From assembly GCA_002633005.1 (NCBI GenBank), contig NMRA01000024.1, positions 327,803-391,802 of the forward strand: 64,000 nt of DNA. The letters are read 5' to 3'. Shown piece by piece: positions 12,476 to 60,900 of the stretch; the stretch's first letter is position 1; each line of letters begins with the position of its first letter. The notes under the pieces were generated by a model that was not told where the DNA came from, did not search any database, and was given only the letters and a program-made list of their open reading frames with translations. The DNA is from Phoronis australis (Eukaryota; Animalia; Phoronida). The translations under genes were made by a program, and so were the position numbers.

Positions 12476-13955
12476 TTGTAACACAGAAATGTTTACAATT
12501 ATGAATACATGCATGATTTACAACAATAACAGTCAGACAAATATGAAGGGGTTGGAGAAAGATAAAGGACTATTCACAGCTGGGTTAGATTGAAGTTCTT
12601 GTTGAATATATGTGCATATAAAAATACACATATTTAAATAAGACAATTATATACAGGTATGGATTCATAGTATGCTGAGTTGACCACCACTCAATAATGT
12701 CAAACTTTACACAAGTTGTCGACAATAATACAGCAATGCAAAAAATAGAAAAAACAAACTGTTAACTTAATTTCTCAGCAGATGTCTGTTGAGAATAAAT
12801 AACAAACACCAATGAAAATCTTACAAATTTCAAAGATTAAAAATTCTACACTAGAACGAGAGGCATTCGCTGAGTCGTTTACTGAACACCGCAACCAAAC
12901 GGACAACACCTAAAACTTCAATAATAAATCGTGCTAATGGCTAGGGACTACCCAGCTGCTGGTTCACTACTCAGGGTTCACTATTCACAACCAGGGAAAC
13001 TGTAGCACTAAGTACTGCTGACGAGCCAGCGAAAGACTTAGTAGCAACGGGCAGCCATCAACAAGGAAAAAGAGAGTAGACTTCGAGCTCCCTGAAATCA
13101 CGTATTGCACCTATGGTAACTCTTTTGACCTTGTTGAAATTTACGCGTTCCCGGAAAACTGTGACAGCTCGCGGCAACAGACGAAATCTGTCACCATATA
13201 CAAGCTCAGAAAACTGGGTTCTGAGCAACAATCACAACTGTTGTAGTCATGTCAGTAGCAATTTAAAGAGGGACTGACTAGGTCAGCTGGAAAGGACTAT
13301 GGCATTTCTGCTTTGGGTCACACGACTGTCTCTCTTCACATGAGCAACACTGGATGAGGACTGCCCGGCATAAACAACTGCTTGCATTCCTGCATTAGCA
13401 GGAGTCATCGTAACACCCAACAATTGTCGAAAATAACAACAAGTACAAAACAGTCCGTGGAAAACGTGGAACCTGACCAGTATCTACAATACACTCGCAC
13501 TGCAGGACATCAAGCTCTCGGTACACGTATGCCTGTCTTTTATCCCACGACTAAGGCGGGTCGGTAGAGTGTCTCAAATTAACAAGAACAGTTCAACGAA
13601 ATATTCAAAGTGGTACAACATTCTCCAATTAAAGCAAATAAATAAGACCTCGTGGCACAAGGCCCAAGTTCTTGATGTCGACAATGCTGGGCCTCCCGCA
13701 GACCCAGTTCACTGTCATCCAGCTCCCACGGAACGGAGAGATGTTTGCGGTTACAACACTTGACGTGCACCAATGACAAGTGGAAATCAGCCCCTCCCCC
13801 AACATGTGCAACTGCTAACTAAAAGTCGTGTGAAAGAGAATCAGACAAAAGAACTAACTTGTTTGTGCGGGCTACGTGCAATTGCTAAGTGGTGTAACCG
13901 CAAACGTCCAATCTCTCGCTCGTAGCTAACATCCGCACACCACAGGCATCTCCAT

Positions 13956-50006
<36,051 letters not shown>

Positions 50007-51841
50007 TTTGAAAGCTTGGAAGGATATTACACGTGTCCACTAAACTCGATGGCCCAATGTGTTGTTTGATTTTTCCCGATTAAAATCAAAGTTCCTGCCG
50101 ACAACCTTCCAAGATGGCGTAAACAACAACTCATTTGCATAGGGTTTTCATGATGCGCAGTTTGCTTAGATCGTGACCTATTTCGCGCATGGCAACGCCC
50201 TCTGGCATACCGAGGGAACAACTCATTCATTGCTCGCGGAGAACGCCAAAAGGCATCGGATTTGTTATGAACCGTGGTTCATTCTGAAAAGGACTAAACC
50301 ATTTTTGAACTCGGTGATATTCTAGATATGGGGATACACTGAGGCTCACAAAATCGTCATTGACGATACCCTTTCTTTGTTTTTTTGTTCTCTTCTGCAG
50401 TTTTCATTCACGGCCAAATGTTTACTTTAGGATTAACTATAACTTAACGTTTTAGTCTCGTCTTTGACAAGTACACACTATTTCGTCATATTTCACTTTC
50501 ATGTAACGGGATGAAATTGATACAGAGTTGTGTTTCGTTAGAATTCAAATTTGCATGCCAGGTGTTTCTTAAAAATGATTAAAAACTGACACTGAAGCTT
50601 ACAATTACCATGATCCCGGAAAGTATAGAACCGAGAAGAACAGTAACATCTTCCAATCATCACATGCTACATTCAATCAACTTTCATAAAACATTTATGC
50701 TAATAACACTCCAATTTTTGCTACATAGTAAAATATAATGATCAGAGAGAAAGTTCTAGATATCAGTGTCTGAATTAACCGTTCGTATAGCAAATATTTT
50801 TCTGAATTTTTGGTGTATCTCGATCTGTGCCAAAACGAAACATGACTACCTGGCGTGTTTTTTCATTGTGACAAAGACATTGTATGACAGCGCGCTATTT
50901 GACCAATTTGTTGCAAGACCTCATGGGCTACTATCCCGGGTTCTTCAGAGTCAGTCAAGTGTTAGTGCCATCATGTGCGCTGCCGGAGCATGATGGCATA
51001 ACATTAAGGAATTTCATGGAAATGTTATCAAAATGACAACTTTGTAATTTTCGAATGAATTTTAGTTTCTTACCAAATTTATTGTAAACGAGAAGATTAA
51101 AGATTAAGGCCGATGACAAACAATTATGCCATAAAAATTCAGCTTTGTTTGACGATATTCGCCTAAATCAATGTACATATGCTAAAAATACTTGCCGTGG
51201 GAATGTGATGTAGAAGTTCGCCAGCGGGTGGTTTAACTGAAATTGCGTGACGGGATTGAGGTTCGAATCCGCTCTAGATCTGATATTGGAAATTCCCTTT
51301 TTGCCAATATCATTTAAATGCCTTTACATAATTTAAAAAAATCTTAAAGAAAGGTAGGATTTGCCGCGGTAGAGTGTTTTTCGTCTGTTATGCATTCTAG
51401 TGTCCCGTTAACACCCGTTGGTGAGGCCACACCTGATGAGTTAAAATCATTCCCTCAACAATGAAAGATGGGTGGATGAGATGTGTTCATGAGTTTTCAG
51501 TCATGTAACTTCGGTGACTGACGATTGTTGAGCCGTTATATTCACATTCTCATGTGATTATCTGGCCCTCCTTCAACGCAATTTGTTAATTTCAAGGATG
51601 TTATGATATCTTTTGTGTCTTTTTTTAGGACAGTGGTTCTGTGGGGGGTGTAAAATAATTCTCCCGCGCTATTGGAATTCATCATATCCGAATGCACCAA
51701 AAAATATGATTGAACACACGAATCATGGGCGGTGCGGCGCAGCACCTTCTCGTGTCGTACGCTAGGTGACACTACCGTCTAGGAACAAGTGTTTAGTCCG
51801 ATAGGAGACACTGGCTCTGTGTTTACTTAACTGCAGACAGC
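50007..51841. promoter_or_regulatory. Divergent promoter region between calcineurin A and PBLD
   Basis: Start codons are 1.8 kb apart, head-to-head. YY1-like caagatggcg (~50110), octamer atttgcat (~50133) and CpG-richer sequence at 50100-50250. An acceptor (ctgcag, 51836) just before the PBLD ATG implies an upstream non-coding exon. Confidence 0.5.
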
Positions 51842-51952
51842 ATGGCCGGTGGGAAAAATGTATTGGAGTTGCCCTTATTTACGGTGGATGCCTTTACAGA
51901 CGTCCAGTTTGCGGGAAATTCCGCTGCAGTATGCTTGAATGAATGTGGAGAG
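51842..51952 (+). CDS. PBLD: PBLD coding exon 1
   Basis: [37 protein letters not shown]|gtgccg. Confidence 0.88.
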
Positions 51953-54900
51953 GTGCCGCAATGTTTGAAGTCTAAGTTTTGCCGAATTATGAATAAGTAT
52001 TCATTATTATCTGTATGGCAGATGTTGTCCGTTTGAAAATTGGCAAATAATCCGAAAGGTCCCAACCAAATAATAAGAACCAGCTTCACCCTCTGAATAA
52101 CGGGTCCACTATTGAGTGATTGGCTGGTTCTCTAAACCAGAGACTGTCTAGTGCCAAGCAGTCGATTCTGCCGTTCAAAACCGATGCTTCCAAATGTTGG
52201 TGGATGCTAATTATTCTGGAACGTTTTTCTAGGCTGCCTACTAACAAACTCACGTGCACCCCTATCGTTGCTACTAAATCCACCCCTCTCCAGCCGGCAG
52301 ACACACAGGCTCACATTTTCAGATTCCCGGATGCCACCCTCCTTTTTTCGTTTACCAGGTGCATCGATCTAGGCCTGCCACCAACGTGTCATCACCCAAA
52401 CCTGGATTCCCACATCATTATCATTAATTCGAGGATGTTGTGATAATTATATTGCCTTTCAAGAAAATTGAAGTGCACCCTCACACTACACTCTTGTACA
52501 CATCTCACCATTGCACTTTTAATTTTGTAACATGCGCCACTTCTGGAGTGTGAATTAAGTGCTAATAAGAGAGATAGAGATAGAGATAGATCATAGATGT
52601 AACTAAGAATTCCTCACTAACCTCCCGCCTTGGCCTGAGGGTGACCATTTTGGAAATTGCAAATTCTCTCTCTATATTGATTTTCAACTATCACTGTCGC
52701 CTCTTACCACTGACAAAACTCTTTAAGGTTTTGAATCATTCAAGTCTACTACTGTGTGTTTCCGAGTCATTCTCAGATTTTGTTGGCTGTGCAAGACTTA
52801 ACAAGTTGAGATGTATTGTGCCAATAATCGGTTTCTCATTTTTTAGTTGCCCACGTCGTCAGAAATTCAAGCCCCCCTCCTATATCCTAGATCCGCCACT
52901 GGATATGGTCAAGAGCTATAACGAATCTTCCACCCATTTTTCTCTATGAGTTTCATTGACTGGTTTTTTGTTGGGTGCACATGTTTGGTTTGCCACTTGC
53001 TGTACAAGGTTGCGTTTCTCTATCATTTAATTGTATCGTTAGCTTCACCATCATCATTTTTGTTGATCTCTAAAAAGATTTTGTATCTAATACCCTTCTT
53101 GTCTGAGTTAACATCCTTCGGTAAATTTTCAAAATTTTTACTCTGAAACATCAATGCTCTGCTTTCTTCCCACTCCCCAATTTATACAATTTATATAACT
53201 TCGCTGACAAGCCCCGTGTCTATGTGGACTTGCAAATTTTAGCTACCAAAATGTAGGAAATTTGCTTGCCTTTGGATGACAAATGTTCAGAATTTCAATT
53301 CCACTGTGCCTGATTCGATCAGGGAAATGCCGGTTCTCTCCTACTATGTCATGATGGGTTCCTATTTGCAAGTCTAGGGCATTGACCGGAATCGACTTTC
53401 TCAATAATGTTGTTTTGAAATGCCCATACTCGGCTTATTGCCCGGAGCCTTGTTTTTTAGCAGCCTGGGCATTAACCCAAATGAGAACAGTATACTGAAA
53501 CAGTCGGTCTTGTTTTCGCTTTTGTTTAAGGTTTTTATTTGCAGAAACTTGGTGAAGACTCGATGCAGAAACTTGCCACAGAAATGAACATATCTGAGAC
53601 TGCATTCGTTTCTCTTTTAAATGAAAAAGACAACTTTCACACAGGTATGCAAAGTTTACAAGGTCACTCGTTTCATAATGTATAATCATGGAATTTCATT
53701 CAGAACTTTCTGACTCTGAGTGGCTAGGTTGGGTTAACGTGTTTACTTCTTATTTTAGTCCCCATCAGTAGGCACAGTCACTTGAAGAGATCCCAGAAGC
53801 AGTTTGGGGCCTTCTTTTCAGTGAGGGAAACTGGTTCCGAGATTCAGTTAGTTGACATCTCTGTAGGGGCCCCAGTATTAGTTGAAATAACAGTGTACCA
53901 TCTTCTAAATGCAAATCGCACTCTCACATTCCATTTACATTGAATTAGTAATAGGTCAATACTGAGTAGAAAAAGCTCCATGATTATTAAAATGAAATAA
54001 AATTTTGTATTCCCTTGATTTTTAAGCTTTTCATAGCAGTGACAATCTAAGAATTGTATTGGCAAGTTCCTAAAAGCTTTGTTCAGTGGTAAAGATTTAC
54101 AGCTCCTATGGGATCACTGAATGGACATAGTAGCTTGCGGGTTTCCCAACTGAGCCGAGGATGTGGGACTAAATCTCCGCTTTGTTGCATAACCTTGCAT
54201 AAGGTCTACGGCCCCTGCTCGTAGAAAATACAGCATGCAATCTTACAAACATCAGACCAACTCCCACTGTGCAATGACAGATTAGCACCCAGAAGTAAAG
54301 TTGATCTAAGCGTTTTTTTGTTAAACAATGCGACTTCAGTAGAAGTGACGCAAAAATCCACCTTGCTTTTTATTTCGCAAACTGTCTTCTGTAAGTTAAT
54401 TGTCAGATGTAACGGAGATATTTCAGCAACCTGCTATACATGGACTTGTTCTTGGTGTACAAATTGACATTATGTTATTATTGTATTCCCTATGACCCGT
54501 TCAGTTCGAGACTTTGGTCGGATTGCTAATTCATTGTATTTCAGCCTCCAAGTTTGGACTCCGTTGGTTCACTCCATCAAAGGAGGTTCCTCTGTGTGGA
54601 CATGCAACTCTTGCCTCGGCGGCTGTGTTGTTCAACTGTTTAGGTAAGTGGTGCTATACAAAAGTCCCAATGCACGTATGCGCGCCTGTCGATTTACGAC
54701 ATCAAAAACAACAGCACATTCGAATCGGAACGCTTATCGCAATAAAGCTGAAATTTTCTCTTATGAATAGTGTTTCCGTGCCTCGAGAAATAGTTGAAAT
54801 TGTTCTTGGTTTGCCATTTAATGTTATGTGCTGAACACTAGATGGAGTTAATAATTGGGTCTTCAAAGACATTTATTTACTTTGGTTGCATTTGATTGAC

Positions 54901-57900
54901 TTAGCTGGTTCCACCCATTCAAGCGATTAACCTGTCTAATTGGTCTGAAAGCCAGATGTCATCGAGAACCAATTGGATGCCGTAGCTGGTTGTCCGCCTG
55001 AACGGCAGAGTGAATGAGGTGCTGCCTTTCTCTTGGCATGTTTAAAGCCTATCTTCAATGGTAACACCGGAAAATTTGGATCCTACAGTTTACGGTAATA
55101 GCACCGCTCTGAGCCCACTTGTGCCATAAATTGTCAAATGTAACGAACTGTTAGGCGTATTGGTTTTCTTTTGTCTACGTCACTTTGAGAATCACTTCTT
55201 AATTCAAACAGCTGTGAATAACACCCCCACACAATGGTGTTCTATTCAGACCTCTATTCAATACAACTGTTATCGGCCTTCTGTTGTTCTTGCCGGGATC
55301 TCGTGGTGACGCAACGTGGCGCAAAAAGGCGGCTTTAGCTTTCATTTGACGGGCCAACATTTGCATGATTAAACTCGCGTTTTCTTATTTTGTTTTGGTT
55401 TGTAGGACTACCTGGTTAGCTCTATACATCTAGAATAACAAAATTGCATTGGAGTTAGTCTTTAATCCAATTTGTTTTGCTACTTAAACAGGACTTCTTA
55501 GCACACCAAGTACAACAAATGCTCTACTATTGGCTGACTGGGAGGATGTGTTGGAAAATCTTATTTTTCCCCTATACGATCTCTAAACACCTATTCATCA
55601 TTTTCCACTCGTGTCAAGAAAGCTGTTCTTTGAGTCTGAGGCTTTTCCTGAAACGAATTTTCTTTAAAAGTATTCGGCTCATTCTTCACAAAACACCTCG
55701 TGAGACTCTCTCCAAGCACAAAGAACTTCATGGAATTGCGCTATTTCACCACGGACCCTGAATTTTTTTGGCCATATCTAAGTGTGAATAAGCTCCCATT
55801 GTGTATTGCCTGTTTACTAGAGAAGCACTGTGTTTCCTCAAACATGCCACGCATTTCAGATAACCAGTCGCAGTCGCTGTCATTCCAAACGTTAAGTGGT
55901 GATCTTATAACTAGACGAGAGGACAATCTGATTGTGTTGGATCTACCTCAGTCTCTGAAGATTGTGAAACCAGTAAGAATCACTATTGTCTCTGGTTTTT
56001 GAGAAGTTAATTTACTGTATTAGACCTAGATAAGTCACCTTTTGTATCAGTTTTTGAACTTGGTTAAAAACCGCGTGTAGTGTCAGAGCAAGCCGCTTGT
56101 TGTCATACGTCTAGAAGATAGTATTGGTCAGACTCTGACAGATCTCTCGAAGGAATATGAAGTCATACTTAGTTGACAGAACTTAAGTCACAACTAAATA
56201 GCTCTGCTGTCAAACTTTAATCAGAGATAAAGTTTGCCATGATTGCACATAGCCGCTAATTTTGTTGAAAGCCAAACTTGGCAGATTGGCATAATTCCTG
56301 TTAAGAGCCAAGCGCAAATTCATTAAGAGGTTTTGGCAAAATATAGATGGAATTAAAACTTTATCATGAAGTATCATACTGAGCCACACTTATCAACCGC
56401 GTCAATACTCCCAATGGCTGTAATTGTACTAATTGTCCCCAAAGCACTTTTGGTTCAGGTTAATCTAGTTATTCATGGTTTCAGTTCCAGTCGTTTGTTG
56501 AAGTGGTGAACTGGTGAATTTAATGAAAAATACAACTGTTAATTTTCTCAGGTGTACGCTGAAATGGAGAAGCTAATTCAGGTAATGAGGAGCTTATCTG
56601 GATTTGATGTTTTTACTAATTTGTCAGTTTGATTAGTGGTAATAACCTGGCTGCTAGTGATTTGGCTAGGATGTACTTTTTGGGATTTGGATAAATGTTA
56701 TACCACGTTTGCTTTAACTGAAGCCAAAAATATCGTAATTGTTTCTGGTGTAACTCATTTTGAAAAGTGTTTAAAGAAAAATTAAAGCAACCACCTGCAT
56801 CCTTGTAGCAAAGTTCTTTTTTGAAAACTACACAGTCAAATGTATCTACAGTACAATGCAAAAATAATCGCACAAAATACAGCTTTCTCGACATTGCAGC
56901 TAATTCTGTTAACAGCAATCTTGGCTTGTTAAACTATTACGTAGGCAGATCCAGGGGATCAAGGGTGTCCAGACCCATCTTTTCCCCTTGATTTTGGTGT
57001 TATCAAACCTAGAATTTTCAAATTGTTGACTTAGACCCCGCATTTAAAGAAATCCTTGATCCGAACCCCCCCTCTTTTAAAAAATCCTGGATCCACCCCT
57101 GTATTAGGAGTGAAAAATTCTAATTGCAAAATGGCTTAGTCACCGTACTAACTTTTTTGTTAATTCCTCTGCATTTTCAGTGACTAGTGAAGATTATTCT
57201 AAAGAGGAATTTATTCAGATTTTGCCCAGATGTTGTGATAGATAATTCCGGGTCATTTATAAGTTTTGCCTGTAGTGTATAAGGTATTCTACTGACAAAG
57301 TGGACTGTCAACTTGACGGCAATCACCTCTTTTATGACAATTGTTTGAGAACAGGTTTCAAATTAGTGGAGCTTTTTTGAGTTGCGACCAGATCGGGGCT
57401 TAATTGAAAAAATAGACCAAATCTCAGTACCAGAACCAATCAATTCGCTTGGGTTAACATTGGCATTTGATCCTTTTAATTCCCCACTTCCTGAAGTGCA
57501 CAGCTTTATGTAGACAACAGAAAGATGTTTTGCATTGTTTTGAGCCCTTGATTGTAGGAAAATTATCTTGTGGGGGGTGGGTTCTGACGATGTGAGTTGA
57601 ATCGCATGTGTGTGACTAACGCAAATTGTCTAAAATCTCACCTCGCATTTCCAAGTCAATCTCCATGTAAAAACTGATTCCCAAAATAAATTATAAATAA
57701 TCTTTTATACAGCCATAGCCATTGTAAACTCCTGCTGTTCCACAGTGGAAGAAATCCATAAGTACTGCCTGGTGGTCACGTGGTTCTTGTGCCTCCTAGC
57801 GCCTCCTGGTGGTAGATGAAGGTGCTGCTCTACTGTGGGTAGGCAAACACGTCAGTCTTTGTGAAAAAATCGGTTTTTATGATATAATATTTTAAGGGAC

Positions 57901-60900
57901 AAGCACAACTGTTTTCTATTNGATTATTCATGGTTTCAGTTCCAGTCGTTTGTTGAAGTGGTGAACTGGTGAATTTAATGAAAAATACAACTGCTAATTT
58001 TCGCAGGTGTACGCTGAAATGGAGAAGCTAATTCAGGTAATGAGGAGCGTAACTGGATTTGATGTTTTTACTAATTTTTCAGTTTGATTAGTGGTAATAA
58101 CCTGGCTGCTAGTGAAATGGCTAGTATGTACTTTTTGGGATTTGTATAAATGTTATACCACGTTTGCTTTAAATGAAGCCAAAAATAGCGTAATTGTTTC
58201 TGGTGTGACTCATTTTGAAAAGCGTTCAAAGAAAAATTAAAGCAACCACCTGCATCACTTGTAGCAAAGTTCTTTTTTGAAAACTACACAGTCAAATGTA
58301 TCTACAGTACAAGGCAAAAATAATCGCACAAAATACAGCTTCCTCGACATTACAGCTAATTTTGTTAACAGCAATGTTGGCTTGTTAAACTATTACATAG
58401 GCAGATCCAGGGGATCAAGGGTGTCCAGACCCATCTTTTCCCCTTGATTTTGGTGATATCAAACCTAGAATTTTCAAATTGTTGATCCAAACCCCCCTCT
58501 TTTAAAAAATCCTGGATCCACCCCTGTATTAGGAATGCAAAATTCTAATTGCAAAATGGCTTAGTCACCGTACTAACTTTTTTGTTAATTCCTCTGCATT
58601 TTCGGTGACTAGGGAAGATTATTCTAAAGAGGAATTTATTCAGATTTTGCCCAGACGTTGTGATGGATAATTCCGGGTCATTTATAAGTTTTGCCTGTAG
58701 TGTATAAGGTATTCTACTGACAAAGTGGACTGTCAACTTGACGGCAGTCACCTCTTTTATGACATAATTGTTCGAGAACAGGTTTCAAATTAGTGGAGCT
58801 TTTTTGAGTTGCGACAAGATCGGGGCTTAATTGAAAAAATACCTGACCAAATCTCAAAAAAGCACCTACCAGAACCAATCGCTTGGGTTAACATTGGCAT
58901 TTGATCCTTTTAATTCCCCACTTCCTGAAGTGCACAGCTTTATGTAGACAACAGAAAGATGTTTTGCATTGTTTTGAGCCCTTGATTGTAGGAAAATTAT
59001 CTTGTGGGGGGTGGGTTCTGACGATGTGAGTTGAATCGCATGTGTGTGACTAACGCAAATTGTCTAAAATCTCACCTCGCATTTCCAAGTCAATCTCCAT
59101 GTAAAAACTGATTCCCAAAATAAATTATAAATAATCTTTTATACAGCCATAGCCATTGTAAACTCCTGCTGTTCCACAGTGGAAGAAATCCATAAGTACT
59201 GCCTGGTGGTCACGTGGTTCTTGTGCCTCCTAGCGCCTCCTGGTGGTAGATGAAGGTGCTGCTCTACTGTGGGTAGGCAAACACGTCAGTCTTTGTGAAA
59301 AAATCGGTTTTTATGATATAATATTTTAAGGGACAAGCACAACTGTTTTCTATTGGTTTGTAACGTGACCTTGTTTATTGGTGATTAAGAAATTTGCATA
59401 GCTAAGTTCATACTACTCGTTGGGAACAACAAATAAGGTCGTTGAATTGCATGTTTTTGCTTAATGTCTGAGAGCCTAAGCTGTATTTTAATTCTGTTAA
59501 GGTGACGACCTTTGATCTGCCCATTCAGGACGTGGTGCTGGCAGTAGACCGGGCAAAACTTCTTATTCGTTTGGATGATAGCGTGACAAGGTAAGGATGC
59601 AATGGGTCAGTGTTTGTAGGTTGTTGCAAAGTATAAAAATACTCTGAAATGTAAATACCAGGAAAAGGTGTTAAGTAACAGTATTTTGCATATGTTAGGA
59701 ATCCTGAAGTTTCTGTAACAAGGCACAGCATGTGTCCACTGCAGAAATTAGAAAACATAGAAACATTTTTTTGACAAATCCGCGATGTCTGCACTGGAGC
59801 TGCACAAGTGATTGTTTTGGGTTTCGAAACTTGAACTTATTTGTTAAAAGTGAACTGTAACACACTAAGAGGTGAATTTAATCGGTACTTCTGAAATTGG
59901 GCAAACCCCATTAGTTCCCTGCTACTCATAGTTTAGACTGCTTGTGTCAACATTTTTGGGGTGTCCTGCATTCTACATGGGAACATCTTTCAAAATGTTT
60001 CCAATTTGAAATTTCAGGTTGAAATGATATAGTTTCAGGTAAAAGCAGTTCCGAAAGTCACTAGGGGCACTGTTTTCACATTTTTGTTAGGTTCTCTGTT
60101 GAAATTTTAGCTTTGTCATGTGATTGTTTTCAGTTACGAGCAACGAAGAGAAATATATTTACAATTTAACTCACTTAAGTGTTATTGCTGTTATCAAGGG
60201 GGAATCCATATCAACTTCTATTATTAATGATAATCAGATGGCCTTTTGCAGTGAACTTGCGCATACAATTAACCTGACCATATTTCCAAATTTCTGGTCT
60301 ATCTTAAGACAAAGATGTTTTCAGTAGAAGATATCTTTTTGTTCTATATTAAGATTATTATGTTTGTTTACTGCGCACTACTGAATGTTGTTTGGCAACA
60401 TGGTGGGTTCTCATGACACTGTTTTTCAAATATGGAAAATTGGATCAACTTTGTCGCCTGAATATTCTAAATATTTTGGGTTACATGTACATATACAGGA
60501 TCTTGATGAGATTTGGCAGATGTGTTCCTGTGAAGCTGAGGACACATGATGTCAATTTTCGGACGGACCCGACTACTGGTGTGCCCCCTAGTGTCAGTTT
60601 ATTTTTTACGATTGCCTCTATAGCTTCGTAATTCTCGGATGGATTTTCATGAAATTTGGTAAATAGGTTTCTATTATGAAGGCGACAACACTTTTACACT
60701 TTCGGATCTTTTGACGATCTGCGCCAACTGGTGGTCGTTTTTTTAAAAAATTTTGAGTTTGTTTTTTGGCATCCGCCTATCTATCTGCCAAATCGCTTGA
60801 AGGATCGTTACGAATATTGGCAGGTGTGTTTCTGATTAAGAGACCGCAGTTGACATTGATTTTCAGGCCTGTTTGACTACTCTGGCGTCCCCTAGTGGAG

